From Lytechinus pictus (Eukaryota), in the NCBI RefSeq assembly GCF_037042905.1, contig NC_087256.1:24490001-24554000 (forward strand): 64,000 nt of DNA, given 5' to 3'. Under the pieces are notes generated by a model. It searched no databases. It was given only the letters and a program-made list of their open reading frames with translations, and was not told the origin of the DNA. The translations under genes were made by a program, and so were the position numbers. This document shows positions 1 to 13,600 of this stretch, piece by piece (positions within the stretch are counted from its first letter, which is position 1; every line of letters begins with the position of its first letter).

Positions 1-2248
1 CCCCGCCTACCTGAGGCAGCTTGGGCTCCCATTGGACGAGGAGAATGACGAGAGTAAGCGCATGTCACGTAAACTTTTTTGATTGGTTAGATGTTATAAA
101 TGGTAAGCCAAGTCGGGTCTAGCGTACATCATGATTCAGGACTTGAACCGGATGCAGATTTATGAATGAATGAATTAATTAGTTATCCAAATCAATTACA
201 CAAGTTTTTATAGCCAATTAGCTATATACGAATACATAAAAAGCAAGGAAAATAGGAACCAGAAAGTAGCATGAATGCTAGTCAAGTCTGGCCCCTTGAA
301 GTTTAGGCAGTTAAAACATGTTTCTTAACTTGTTAATTAAAAATGAACATTACATCACTTTGTATGTGAATCTGCTAATTATAGTCTGCAATAAACGTAC
401 ATGCATAAACACTGCTTGCATAACACAATTAATTTATTGATTTAGATATCAAGATATTAATGATAACAAATCCAATGTATTCAATTTTCTAAAAAGATGT
501 TCGAAGACAGCTTTAGGAAAACTTGACCTTGATGCTTAGGCTTCTTTCTGATTGTGATTGGTAGCTCATTTCAAGAAGTTGTGGCTACATAAGATACACA
601 CTCCTTTCCCAAGCTTTGTAAATGCTTTCCATCCACTGTTATTGAGTTCACTTCACTTTATCTTCTTTAAATTTTCCACCCTTTTCATATCATTTACAGA
701 GATACAACTCAATGGTTTGATGAGGACTGCGTTGGACTCCCTTGCGCTCTTGCCCTACGCCAGTGCAGTAGATCAGTGGCGATGGGGCGTGTTTAATGGA
801 TCCATTCAACCTGATCAATATAATTCAAAGTGGTGGAAACTCAGGTTAGTTGGTCAGAGGTGATAGAGAGTACTCCACAGTTCTATCCAATCTATATTCA
901 ATTGTTTGTTAAATATTGATTAGTAAAGTTAGCCTACAAAAATGTGTATACAATTATTATTTATTGATTTCATATCGATACATTTTTTCTTAGATTTAGA
1001 TTTATTTCCGTTCAACAAAATAGACAAATATAATCAAAGTAATAGTACATATTCAAAACAATATAGTCAGTTCAATGACATTCCATAACAAATATAGACG
1101 ATAAATTAATTGAACGGAGGGGAGGGACTTGCCAAGAAAGGCAATGCTTGTATAAAAGGCAAGTCCCTAAACTTAGTTTCAATAACTAATTAACAAAGCT
1201 ATATTTTATATGAATATCTTATATCTTATATTTACGTTTTATATGGATATCTTCTATCTGAGCATTAGCGTTGATTCAAAATACATTTCCTGTCCGAAAT
1301 GAGTCTATGAAAATTATACAGGTACATCATTTTAGAGTAAATTCATTCGTCATTTTAAGTAAATTCAACCAAAACCTATATACATTACATGAATATTTTC
1401 TTTTTCTTAGATCGAATTATGAAGGTATTGTCCCGCCATTGGAGAGGACTGAAGCTGACTTTGATCCCGGCGCGGAGCTCAACATCATCTCAGACAACTC
1501 GTATGCAAAGTAAGAAATTCTTTTATACACATGAGTTCAACCATGATCAAAAGTAGAGGTGCCAGATTGGTGTGCATGTGCGGGGGCAAATGCCCCCCCC
1601 CCCTCCTTAATCAGAGTCTTTGCGACGCCCCTGATTTTTTAGACTTAAAAATACATTTTTAAGGCTTAAATGTTGTCATAAACATCACATTATTTGATCT
1701 ATGAAATACCACCTTATCCTCTTCATATTTAAACATTTGTTGCTAGGTCGCTAAGCCCCCTTGCATAAGCGGTGACACGAAAAAAGGGTAATGATCATAT
1801 GAGGGCACAGGAAATTTTCTTCCAATAAGTCTTTTCTTTGTCCTCAATTTGCCCCCCTCTTCCCCTTTCCCACGATTTGAAGTTTATTTTATTCAAGTGA
1901 ATAGAATATAAATATACAATCAAACGAGGCGGAGATTGAAACTGACCGATATGGGAGGTATGATATAAACGTTTTCAAAACCTCCGTCTGTCCACTACTT
2001 CTTATGATTATAGATATATCAATTTTAAAAATCGAGACGTATATAACCTGAAATTCCGCTGCTGCATTGATAAGCAACCATGATTGTTTTCAAAAGTGCT
2101 CTTATATGAGTAATTTTTCCTCATTCTTGGAGCGAGAGGAGAGTGAAATAACAAATATTTTTTTGTTTAATTTGTATTCATATTCTGTAAATTACCAAAG
2201 GCCGTGTATCATTTCTTTTACCACGTGTGGAGTTGCAACGTCCTGCTT

Positions 2249-2303
<55 letters not shown>

Positions 2304-3089
2304 ATTTAATCTCAGGTATGTAATCCTTCGACTATTATGTTTGCGGCCCGATGACCCCGACTGATGACCAGTGCGCATACTTATCTCTTTCTTAATTTGC
2401 AGGCATTTTCTTGGACAGATAATGAAGTTTCAATTTATAAAATCTCTGTGTCAAGCGGCTGCGCATACGGGACCAATCCAAGATTGCAATCTGTATGGAA
2501 ACAGAGTGGCAGGACAACTCATTACGTAAGCATCATCATTATTCACATAACAAGATNNNNNNNNNNNNNNNNNNNNNNNNNNNNNNNNNNNNNNNNNNNN
2601 NNNNNNNNNNNNNNNNNNNNNNNNNNNNNNNNNNNNNNNNNNNNNNNNNNNNNNNNNNNNNNNNNNNNNNNNNNNNNNNNNNNNNNNNNNNNNNNNNNNN
2701 NNNNNNNNNNNNNNNNNNNNNNNNNNNNNNNNNNNNNNNNNNNNNNNNNNNNNNNNNNNNNNNNNNNNNNNNNNNNNNNNNNNNNNNNNNNNNNNNNNNN
2801 NNNNNNNNNNNNNNNNNNNNNNNNNNNNNNNNNNNNNNNNNNNNNNNNNNNNNNNNNNNNNNNNNNNNNNNNNNNNNNNNNNNNNNNNNNNNNNNNNNNN
2901 NNNNNNNNNNNNNNNNNNNNNNNNNNNNNNNNNNNNNNNNNNNNNNNNNNNNNNNNNNNNNNNNNNNNNNNNNNNNNNNNNNNNNNNNNNNNNNNNNNNN
3001 NNNNNNNNNNNNNNNNNNNNNNNNNNNNNNGACGGAAGGATGGTTCGATGGATGGATAGATTATAGACATAAAAATGATAGATGGAAGA

Positions 3090-3139
<50 letters not shown>

Positions 3140-3229
3140 GAATAGATAGATGGGAGGATGGATCGATGGATGGATAGATTATAGACATAAAAATAATAGA
3201 TGGAAGAATAGATAGATAGATAGATAGAT

Positions 3230-3290
<61 letters not shown>

Positions 3291-3795
3291 TGTAGATATG
3301 ATATTGACATTTTTTCGAGACTTCAAAATAATGGCCTCATATTTAATGCCTGGATAGAGAAAGTTACGTAATTTTTTTTAATGATCTTTAGTAGATGTAG
3401 AAGTCTTGAATATGATTTGGTAGACCTTTTGCCCTTACTTTCAATCTTCCCCTCATGCCACCCCCTCCCCCCTCTCTCTCTCTCTCTTTCTCTCTCTCAC
3501 CCCTTCTTTGTTTTGTTTTGTATTCTTGTTTTAATTTATCTGCCCTATGTCTTTTTACAGCACCGCAATGCAGCTTGGGAAAACACGTTCATGGACCGAG
3601 ATCTTCTACATCTTGACGCAACAATACGATTTGGATACGTCACCATTCCTAGAACATTTCCAGCCGCTCAATGAGTTTCTGGAGAGAGAAAATCGAAGGA
3701 ATGGGGATTCTACTGGCTGGGCACTGTCTGCAAGAAGAAGGCCCGACCAAACGCCTGGACGAACGGAGCCTAGTAAACCCGATGACCGTATGTAA
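1..3795 (+). CDS. ACE: Angiotensin-converting enzyme-like (peptidase family M2), 3' part; exons <1..53, 700..844, 1411..1509, 2403..2525, 3561..3795(stop); no TM anchor; probably a non-peptidase or altered-specificity homolog
   Basis: Spliced translation ...PAYLRQLGLPLDEENDE/KIQLNGLMRTALDSLALLPYASAVDQWRWGVFNGSIQPDQYNSKWWKLR/SNYEGIVPPLERTEADFDPGAELNIISDNSYAK/HFLGQIMKFQFYKSLCQAAAHTGPIQDCNLYGNRVAGQLIT/TAMQLGKTRSWTEIF...PFLEHFQPLNEFLERENRRNGDSTGW... matches the ACE C-terminal half (DQWRW, YNxxWWxLR, FDPGA, FQFYxxLC, CxxYG, GW). All introns are GT-AG with compatible phases. The HEXXH motif lies upstream of the window. Confidence 0.93.
2253..2302. repeat. (TA)n microsatellite
   Basis: Direct reading. 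Confidence 0.95.
2557..3030. other. Assembly gap; others at 16016-16174, 16759-16969 and 17010-17417
   Basis: N runs. Exon phases and protein continuity hold across all gaps, so no exon appears to be missing. Confidence 0.99.
3040..3295. repeat. (GATA)n microsatellite region next to an assembly gap
   Basis: Direct reading; includes a duplicated ~120-bp higher-order unit. Confidence 0.95.
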
Positions 3796-6116
3796 TGTCG
3801 AGATGACGTTAATCATCATGATAGAATATAACCACAAGCGCAAACATATTTATCAATAATCTTTGAAAAAACCTTGTGTTGTAGTATTGGAAGATTTCAT
3901 CCAAGAGCTATCGTTTATCAGATTTCTTTTCTTTCATATTTACAACTCAGCGGTAATTTCATTTAATTATCATAAATATAACATAAAACATAGAACATTT
4001 AACATTAATACATACATATACACCATCACGATCTAAAACAAGACAATCATCATGATATCATCAATTACATTTAGAGTTGCTTTCAGTATATGGTATTTGT
4101 TCATATGAGTGATCCTAATGAGAGCAGAGGGAGAGAGAGAGAGAGCAAAAGAGAGGGAGAGAAAGCAGTGCTGATTATGTGAATAGACAGAGCTTTGTCA
4201 TCAGCGTTGTAAAAGTTTAAATTGTTAACCGGAAATAACTCGGCCACCAGCCCCCCCCCCCTATGGGAATGTTTAACCATAATCAGATGGTTGTTCTTTG
4301 CCAAAGTGCATATGGCATGTCTCTCCCCCAAATATTCAATAACAGTTAAGCAGGTCGGTTACATCTTCAAATCATCGTGTCTTCGGATGATTTGGAATCA
4401 ACTGTTTCCAGAATAAAAAGCCAGTACGACAATACACCAGACGGTGGCCTGTACTGTTTCCCGAAGAAAACTGTTTTGGTTGCCGTCGCGATCACTCGGA
4501 TGACTTCGGACCTGCTTCTGAACGTTGCATTATCTCAACCTGCAAAGTTTGAGTAAACAAATGATGATTCTCACACACTTGTTTAAGTTAATATTGTTAA
4601 ATGATATAAACTTGGCCACCAGCTACCCCACCCAACAGTTGTGTAACCATAATCAGATAATTATTCTCCTAAGGGCGTAACTATGCCCAGGTGCATATTT
4701 CATGTCTCTTTAAAAAAATAATTTCAGCTGGTCGTTGGCATCTTAATCTTCATCTTCGTGTCGTTGGGTAATCGGACGACTGGAATCAACTGTTTCAGCT
4801 GCTCTCGTGATCGCTCGGATGTCTTCGGACCTGCTTACCTGAAGTTTCTGAAAGACGTCAATCATAACATCTCGATTCAAGGTTTGTGTGAATAATCAAT
4901 GACTATAACAAACTTGGCCACCATGCAAATTACCCGGAGAATTTTTAACATATTCGATGCACATATGCTTTCCTTCTCCTCAACATGTTGTATTTCACAA
5001 GCAGGTTCAATAGATTTTGACAGGAACTACTTCTCTTCTGCAGCTAGTTGGGACATCATTTTGCGAGGATATGAAATGATCTAGATACGTTTCGGATCAC
5101 AATTATACTCATTTTTCTCCATACCTTTGAAATTGGAAAGAAATAGGTAAGTAAACAACCCAACAATTGGATCAAAAGTCACTCCATTTTCACAGGGGTT
5201 TTACCTTCTGAAGCGCACCTTTCTCTGTCACGTTCTTCATAAGGAAGCTTCACAGGTTCGCCAAGATGAAAGAACGTACTGAGAGGACTCGTCCATTGTC
5301 GTCAGATGATCATTTGAGAAAATGTATTTCCAGCAGGGCCAGCATCGTGCCTTCCAAGATTTGTGAGAGAGGTATGTAAACAATGAAAACAGACACAACT
5401 GTCCAAATTTGTTTGGCCATTCCGTAACCATTTTGTTTTCTTTACAAGCTCTTTTGTCCGTCACATTTTTCTTTTTTCAGTTTCCTATCCGTATTATGTT
5501 CAACAGATAGATGTTCATAAATACATCCGTATGTGAGGGCACATGATGGACTAAGATACACGTCGTGAAAAAAGTTTTGCAGAGGAGTGCATTTCCTTAC
5601 CTTCTCCAAGTTCTACTCTTCCAGGTAAGATTTCATCTATGAAAACTTGGCCACCAATGTATAATATAGCATAACTGTAACATTCTACTCTACTCTGAGA
5701 TTTTTGGCTCCCCTCCCTTTTTAGTTCACAGTTTATTTTTATCAAGAATTAACGAGTACTTACAAGTATACACCACATCAGCATCCTGACCATTATTTAA
5801 GAAGCAAGGTGCTGTCAGATCACAGATAAAGGGATCCCTGCGGCTAGACTGAACATACCATGGCCGTGAACCTTCACCATCAACTGATCAACAAGCCAAT
5901 GGAAGACACCAAGCTCAAATAGGCTCCTACAGATGGACTGAAACTAGCTGACTTCTGGATTCATAGGAATGGACCAAAATCTAATGAAGATATGGACCTA
6001 GGTCCATGATATAAGAGTAAGCTGCAGGAAGTTGCTTTCGTATGCCCCAGTCACACAAGTGGATCCGACTCCGGGCTGACCGAATCTTTAAAATTCTTGA
6101 TGCAAAAGCTGATCAG

Positions 6117-6241
6117 GGTCCCGTAACACAAAGGTTAGCGATTGATCGTACGATTTTCACGATTGATTGTACATTGTAGTCAATGCAATCAATCGTAGAA
6201 AAATGTTCTACGATCATTGCTAAGCTTTGTGTTACGGGCTC
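6117..6241. mobile_element. ~125-bp palindromic MITE; degenerate relatives at ~9470-9600, ~19290-19420 and ~47385-47655
   Basis: CAG|GGTCCCGTAACACAAAGGTTAGCGATTGATCGTA ... TACGATCATTGCTAAGCTTTGTGTTACGGGCTC|CTG. Confidence 0.7.
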
Positions 6242-6245
6242 CTGG

Positions 6246-6556
6246 TCCCTCGTCACACTCCTCTCTCTCTGAGTAAGCCAAGGGACCAGTCATTTTGGGG
6301 TGGGATTTGCATCTCTTGAGAGTGCATTTTTGCTCCTTCTGGCAGTCTGGAGTGAAAATGTATAAAAATATACACTGTTCAAAAGGTTCAATCCTGAGAG
6401 TGCATTATAGCTCCGTCTGGAGTGAACAGTGCATATTTTTAGACATTTTCACTCCAGAGTGCCAGAAGGAGCTATAATGCACTCTCAAAAGATGTAAATC
6501 CCACTCCAAAATGACTGGTACCTCGTCTCACTCTGGGAGGAGTGTGATTAGGGTAC
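6246..6556. repeat. Foldback (long imperfect palindrome), probably a MITE
   Basis: Arms of more than 120 bp: ACCAGTCATTTTGGGGTGGGATTTGCATC...CACTGTTCA versus TGAACAGTG...GATGTAAATCCCACTCCAAAATGACTGGT. Confidence 0.7.
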
Positions 6557-6654
6557 AGATTAGCTCATTTTCACTGTACGTTATTTCCAATGGCATACCA
6601 TCGATCAGTTTGGAGTCAGGCTTGTTGGTGTGACTGTATGTAGCACGAGGCTTT

Positions 6655-7123
6655 CCCTACTGGAAAGAACACCTTGTCCCACAGTGTGTGTCACAGTATG
6701 TTCACAGTGTGGAAACAATGTAAAATCACCTTCACACTGTTAAGTTTGAGCATTTCAACAGTGTGAATCACATATTCACATTGTTGACTCATGTGAACAC
6801 GCTGTGTACAGTCACACTCTCAAAGTGTCCACAGTGTGAAAATATATTCACACTAGTGAATTTGAGCATTTAACAGTGTGAATAACATTTTTACATAGTC
6901 TACTCTGTGAACACATTGTGAACACGCTGTGATCGCGCTGTGAACACACTGTGAAGACAATGTGAACACACTATGAACAAAAAGTGAACACACTGTGATC
7001 GCACTGTGAACACACTGTGAACACACTATGAACACATTATGAACATACTGTGAGCACACTGTGAACACATTATGAACATACTGTGAGCACACTGTGAACA
7101 CACTTGTGTTCTTTCCAAGGGGG
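6655..7123. repeat. MITE with internal ~11-bp minisatellite (TGTGAACACAC)n
   Basis: TIR CCCTACTGGAAAGAACAC / GTGTTCTTTCCAAGGGG around tandem TGTGAACACAC units. Confidence 0.65.
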
Positions 7124-10100
7124 TTACTTTGGATACAAAAGGTTCAAAATATGACGTCCAAAGTTCATAAATGTGAACCAAGAATACTATGACCACTTTA
7201 AAACTATTTCAAATGTATTGATTTTATTTTAAATACCATCCACTGCCGCCCTAAGAAGGATTTCCCCCCCTGAACATATTTCAACAAAACAGATTCAATT
7301 TGGATTTTCATTGTATAGATTGTAATTCCTTAAGCTATAACTGTTCCATCAATGCTAACTACCATGTCAAAACCATTCTAATTGGCCGCTGAGCACGGTT
7401 ACCATTGTAGTTGTCATTAATGGCAAAGTTATGTCATCGTCATTTCATGCAACAGGGACTAAGGGTACATTATTGCATACATGTAGGAGAACACTACACT
7501 TTAAAAAACTTTTTTTTCATCTTGAACGGGGAGAGGTCTAACAGGTATTTTTAAATTAGCTTTGTTTTAATTTTTTCTATTTTTCCTTATTTTTTGTTTC
7601 CTTAGCTAATCATGGGGTGATCAATCTGTTAAAAGATACAATCTTTACAATCAGACTCAACTAAATTGAACCAGATACAACCATATTCAACCGGACTAAA
7701 CAAGACTCAACCAGATTAATTCGGGCTTCATCAGATTCACCCATTGAACTGAATGAATAGCTGAACATCATCAACATGGGAAGATTTGTAACCTGCTCTC
7801 TACATCATAAAATGTCTTCTAATATTCATACCCTGAGGACGTGGTGTGTGACAAATTACAAAGCTATTCTAAAAGTATAGAACTGCTTTATAGGTCAATT
7901 GCATATGGAAAGAAAAATGACATTCCTAATCATATTTATTCTTATAAGCTAAAGTTGTAAATGGAATTTTGAATCAAATATTTGGAGTAACATTTTTGTC
8001 AATGAAAAAATATATATATTTATTTTGATAGACTAACATTTTCTTAACTCCTTGCCTATTGGAATTCAATGGCCCTGTTCAAAGACTATGGGGAGCACAG
8101 AATTTCAGTTGTTCATGAATTATATCAAGATTGTATTGTGTATCTTGAAATGTCACACTCAATTTGCTCATGAAGCCCTGCACAGGGGTCACAATATTGA
8201 TAGATAGATATATACATTCCTGGCATGTAACAGCTTTCAGAGAATAAAAAATCAAGCTCGACAAGTAAAATGGAATTATGCTTTGCATTTTATTATGTTT
8301 CACACAATGCATTTGATGCACAAGAAGGATTAAAATCAGCCACTCACAAACCACAATTTGATTGTGAAAAGTTAGATACAGAAATCAATATAAAGATAAA
8401 TAGAGTAGTTCTTAATAATATTTGCTGTAGAATGAAGAGATTTTAGAAAATTAAATCAAATTAGACAATGAAAGGGGAAATATTTGCTACTAACTGTTTC
8501 ATCAAAATCAAAAGTATTTACAGAAAATGCCAAAGCTGTCCGTCTTTGGTTTTAAAATCTTTTGTACATTTTCCCCTTTCCTATGCAAAAAGGGTATGTT
8601 TATATCAGCTGCAAGAAATAAAAACAATAAAATGGCATAATAAAATATTTACATTGTGTACAGGTTCTATTTTTCTTTTGTTAAGGTATTAACAATCTTT
8701 AGAATAAAATTTTGTTTGGATTATACAAAATAAGCAGTCCTTGCTAAGCAATATTAAGGGAATCCTAAAATCATACAAATAAATAAAGAGTGAAAATAAT
8801 ACTACGAAGAGTTGATTCAAAAGATGTTTACATTAAAACCTGGATATTATCATATGTAAACATTTAAAATATGTTGATAATGTTTTTTACCCTGTATTCA
8901 TATTAATATATTATGCTCTAAAAATATACAATATGTTTGTTTTAATGCTCCCTTGCTCTAAGTAAAATAAATGACAAAAAGTAGTTTTCTACAAAAATTA
9001 CATAAGTTATAATTCCTTTATGTTAATATGTAAAATTTCACTTAAATCTACAATACATTTGTGTATTAGTGTAATAAGGCATCTGTTTCATTGTTTTTAA
9101 AATAATAGTTATATTTTATCAATTATTACACTAGTCATACTGAAGCTTTAAATTGTGCTTTTATGAGGATATGATGCATAAATTATAGCAAATGAGACAA
9201 GTTAAATGGGGAATTTCTTCTGACAATTGTTGTATCCTGATTTACTGGCTTAGTGTAACAGTGAATTGGCTTGTTTAAATCTAATTTCAAACGATTCATA
9301 TTCAAAACTTTGATGAGTGCACAATTTAAAAACTTTTGATTGACTCTATTTAACATATTTTTTCAGTTTCTTACACCAAATAATCTTTGTATGCTGGTCA
9401 CTCTGTCAATTCAGCTATTGTGCAATGTGAATGTGAATACATTTTAAAGGTACTCTTAACAAAGTTCCTGAGCCCTGTAACATAAACTAATGGTGGATAA
9501 TTTTATTGCTTTTTATAATTGATTGTACATAACGATCAGTGCAACCAATTTTTAATAAATTAGTCAATAATTAATCTTTAAACTTTGTGTTGCAGGGCCT
9601 TGCTTTCTTTTGTTTTATGTGTATAATTGGTAAATGCAAAATATATCCTTCACAACATCAACATGTAAGAAACTTGGAGCATTTCATCCATGAAGTAATA
9701 GATTGAAATTGTTTCTACCTTGTAACTAACACAATATACAGTGTAATATATAGAAAATAATTTCAATGCAATGCAAATAGTACCAGGCATTCATACACAG
9801 CTAAAGGCAGGTTTGTATTATGTCTTTAACTGTAAACAAAAACAAAACCTCACACCTCATTAAATACTGAGCGTTAATACTTTGTTTATAAATTTGTAAA
9901 AGCTCTCTATAATACAAGCTTTACAGATGGGATGTATAAGATAAACGTCATGCATTGATAATAATAATGGTGATATACTGCACTTAGAAACATCTGTACA
10001 AAGCAATATGTAAATTTATAGTATTATTTTTATCATTATCATCATGGAATGAAGAATATTTCAGGTTGCCTTGTAAAGCTTATATTCATATCAGCCTGTA

Positions 10101-10605
10101 TGTAGCTCTTATCTTCATTATGTTCACTAATAATAAAACAAATAATGCATAAACTTGAATCACAAGAACATCTGCCTGGTCATTTTTTATTTCTCATTTA
10201 TATGTCTGAAGTTGTCTCCTCCCATTTTGTTCACATTCTTTCTAGATATTCATTAGTTAATGATCTTCACATTCTTTGCAACAGAAAACCAAATGTTTTT
10301 CGGCTTCTGCTCTATGGGCCAATAACCAAACTAATACAAGTGAATTCTTCTGGTGAGAAATAATAGAAAAAAACTTGCCATTTTCACTTAAAACCCATTT
10401 GTCAACATACCCCCATCAATAACCACAATTAATTCATTATAAATTTTCAAATTTTTAGTTCATGTATATAACTTTGGGTCTTATCATCTGTATCTTCACT
10501 TTTCCTTCCACTGCGTTGGCTTTTCATAACATTTGACCTCCATAACATGTTGTTTCAAGATGTTAAAGTCCAATACGTCAATAAGTCTCTCCATCCTCTC
10601 TCTCT

Positions 10606-13600
10606 TTAGGATGGTGGGAAGAGAATAGAGTAGGTGACATAGAGGGGTAAGCAAAGCCCCTCCAGGGTGAGGACCTCGCTCTTGCAGGTCTTGGGTCCGA
10701 TCCCAAACCGCTTTCCCAGGATGCCCGTGTTGAACGCATAGTCCTGGCCCTTGATGCGGCACTGGATGCGGATGGAATAGAGGACCTCCCGATCGTGCCG
10801 CAGCGAGAACGTCTGACGCTCACAGACGCGGAAGGAGAGGGCAGGGTCGCGGGGCTTCAGACGCTGTGAAGAAAACAATGAGATTGAAATAAGATAAAAG
10901 TTTTAAAACTAATTTTCAAAATTTTATATGAGGACAAGAAATAACTACACTTTATAAAAATTCATCTCAACAGAGTTTAAATGTAAGATTAACAGCACTC
11001 AAAGTAATTATACAAATTTATTATGTTAGGACAAGAAAATTCCTAAACTTAATGAAAATTCATATCAATACAGTTCAAATACTGTTTAAATTTTGTTTTC
11101 CTTCCCCAGTTGGAAAAGGAAGAACCTTTCAAGATATCAAGATTTACCAAAGATATATTATTGCAGCCTGACAGCTGAATTGACAAATGATTCACAAAAG
11201 AGAATTAAAAAAAACATTAAATAAGCAAATAAGCAAAATTACAAAGGAATCAAGAAATTAAGAAAGCAGTTTTACATTAGCATAATAACCCTTGATGACT
11301 GTATAAAAAACAGTTTGAATAGAATACTATTGTCCACTTAGAATTTTATAATTCTGTAAAAGTATCGCGTACAACTAACCTGGATATAGAACTGGTACGA
11401 GTTCTGTTTGCCAACACGCTGTGCTTTCAGCTCAAAGTGGAATCCATGCAGTGAGACTACTTCACAGTGGTAGCGAGGTTCCTAATAACACACAAAACAA
11501 AACAAAATACAAAATTATTATTTTGACACACACACTTAAGGAACTGTGTACAAGAACCCAGTGGTGATTCATTTCAAGCTGATTGTAAATTAATGCATGA
11601 TGATACAAATGATTGGAGTAAAAAATGCTTAATTATAAAACAAAGAAAGAATTTCTTGATATGACAGCAAAGTATGACCATCTTTCAAATTATTGTGGCG
11701 AAGAGTGTATACTTTGCTTTAAAAAATGTCAAATAATAATCAGCATACACCTATTTTCTAGCTTTGGTCATCTACTATAAGTAGTCAGATGAAATGTAAC
11801 CTAGTGTTATGGTATGATACATAGACACAAATTTTCCTCTTCAAAATTGACAATAAAAATGAAAAAAATTTCATTTAAAAAGTGGGTTGACATTTCACTA
11901 TTTGGAGAATTTACCTACACTTTAGTGGTGGTCGCTATTTCACAGCATTACAAAGTTTGTTCAGGCTGAGTTAGATGTAATAACAATCTGACATTATGCA
12001 AATAAAACAAGATTAAAGATGGAAATGAACGCAAGAGCAATTCCTCTTCCCAAGGAGATAGTTTTGAAACACTTTTCATTTGAAATTAGTGTTGGACGGA
12101 AGCAGTGTTTTTCATGAGTGGTGGTCAGAAATCTTCTGTGCTGGTTGGGCCCGACCACTGCCGTCCACTGTAGCTATAAAACTGGTTAGTGTGATGCCAG
12201 AATCCCACTTACCAGTTCAATGATGAAACCGAGTCTGATGGCATCCTTCTTGAAGTCCTGCATCAGGGACATATCGCCCCCTCCCTGGAGGGCGTGGTAA
12301 TGCAAGGTGAGGGTTCGCAGGATCCACTGGCTGGGGACGACGTTCATCTGGAGCATGTCGTCTAGGTGTCGGGTGTCGGTGATACCACTCATCCTCAACG
12401 ACATAAAGAGGCCGGCGTACGGCTGCCCCCGCTCCTGCTCTATGAAGGCACTGGAGCGCGACATGCTGAAGGGGAAAAAAAAAAATTATGATGGTGGTGG
12501 TGGTTTTATTTGAGGTGGTGGATGTAGTGGTAGTAGTTGTTATGATGAATGGTGGTGGTGGTGATGATGATGATGAAGATGAAGATGATGTTGATTATCA
12601 TGGTGATGATTAAGAGGAAGATGTTGAGGATGATGATCACGGTGATGAGGATGTTAATGATGGCGATGGTGGTGGTGGTGGTCGTGGTAGTGACAATGAT
12701 CATGATTACTATTGTGATGATGATAATGGTAATGATATTAATGATGGTGATGATGAATACACTGATAACATGATGATTACTATTGTGATGATGATGATAA
12801 TGGTAATGATATAAATGATGGTGATGATGATTACACTGATAACAAACAAAAACAATCTGTGTCCTTCATATTGACTTGAATTTCATAACGAACTATACAT
12901 GTAAGTAATCTTGTGAAGTGAGGCCATATTTTGACGTGAAGTAACTTGCTCATGCAAATTTTTCTTTTTTGGGAGGGGATGGGATTAGATAATATCAATT
13001 ATACTGGATGGCTTCATTTCATGGCATACCAGAGATATTCCACTTATTGGGCCAATATTTCATGAATTGCAGATGAGTGGAATATTGGCCCTCACTCTTG
13101 GAATATTTCTGGTATTACATTCTGAGCCATCCAATATAATATAATTATCAATATCATTGAGACTTGACACATTCAAACTAACATTATGGCATGTAGTCAA
13201 CCTTAAATTGGTATGAAACATTCCTGATGCAGTTTAAACCAATTAAAACTGGTAGTTACCTGTTGAAGAAGGTGACGATGGTACTATGGGATGGCATCAA
13301 CTGAAGATGATCATTCTCCTGAAGGAAGATCCAGTAACACAGCGTCTTATACACATAGTATTCATTGAACGTAAAGAACCTGTACAAAAGAAAAAAAGAA
13401 ATAATTAAGGACAAAATGTTTTGCATGCCTTAAATATGACAACTACAACACAGTGGTACTTTAAAGAGTCTGGCAGAAGTATTTTTTCAGAAACAGAAGT
13501 TAGTTTGAAAGCTTGACATAAGGAGAGAGTACAGTGAGCTTGAAGGCTACTACATCCATGTACGATCAAGCGAAAGTGTTGTGTGTGTGAGCACGACAAA

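Noticed and set aside
2364-3326. Long ORFs in the supplied track (also 15981-17550)
   Set aside because: Artefacts of N-gaps and microsatellites; only the short true exons inside them are coding.
12506-12773. Met/Ile-rich ORFs (also YLSI-repeat ORFs at 35207-35808 and the VCSQ-repeat ORF at 6853-7101)
   Set aside because: Translations of (GAT)n, (GATA)n and minisatellite repeats.
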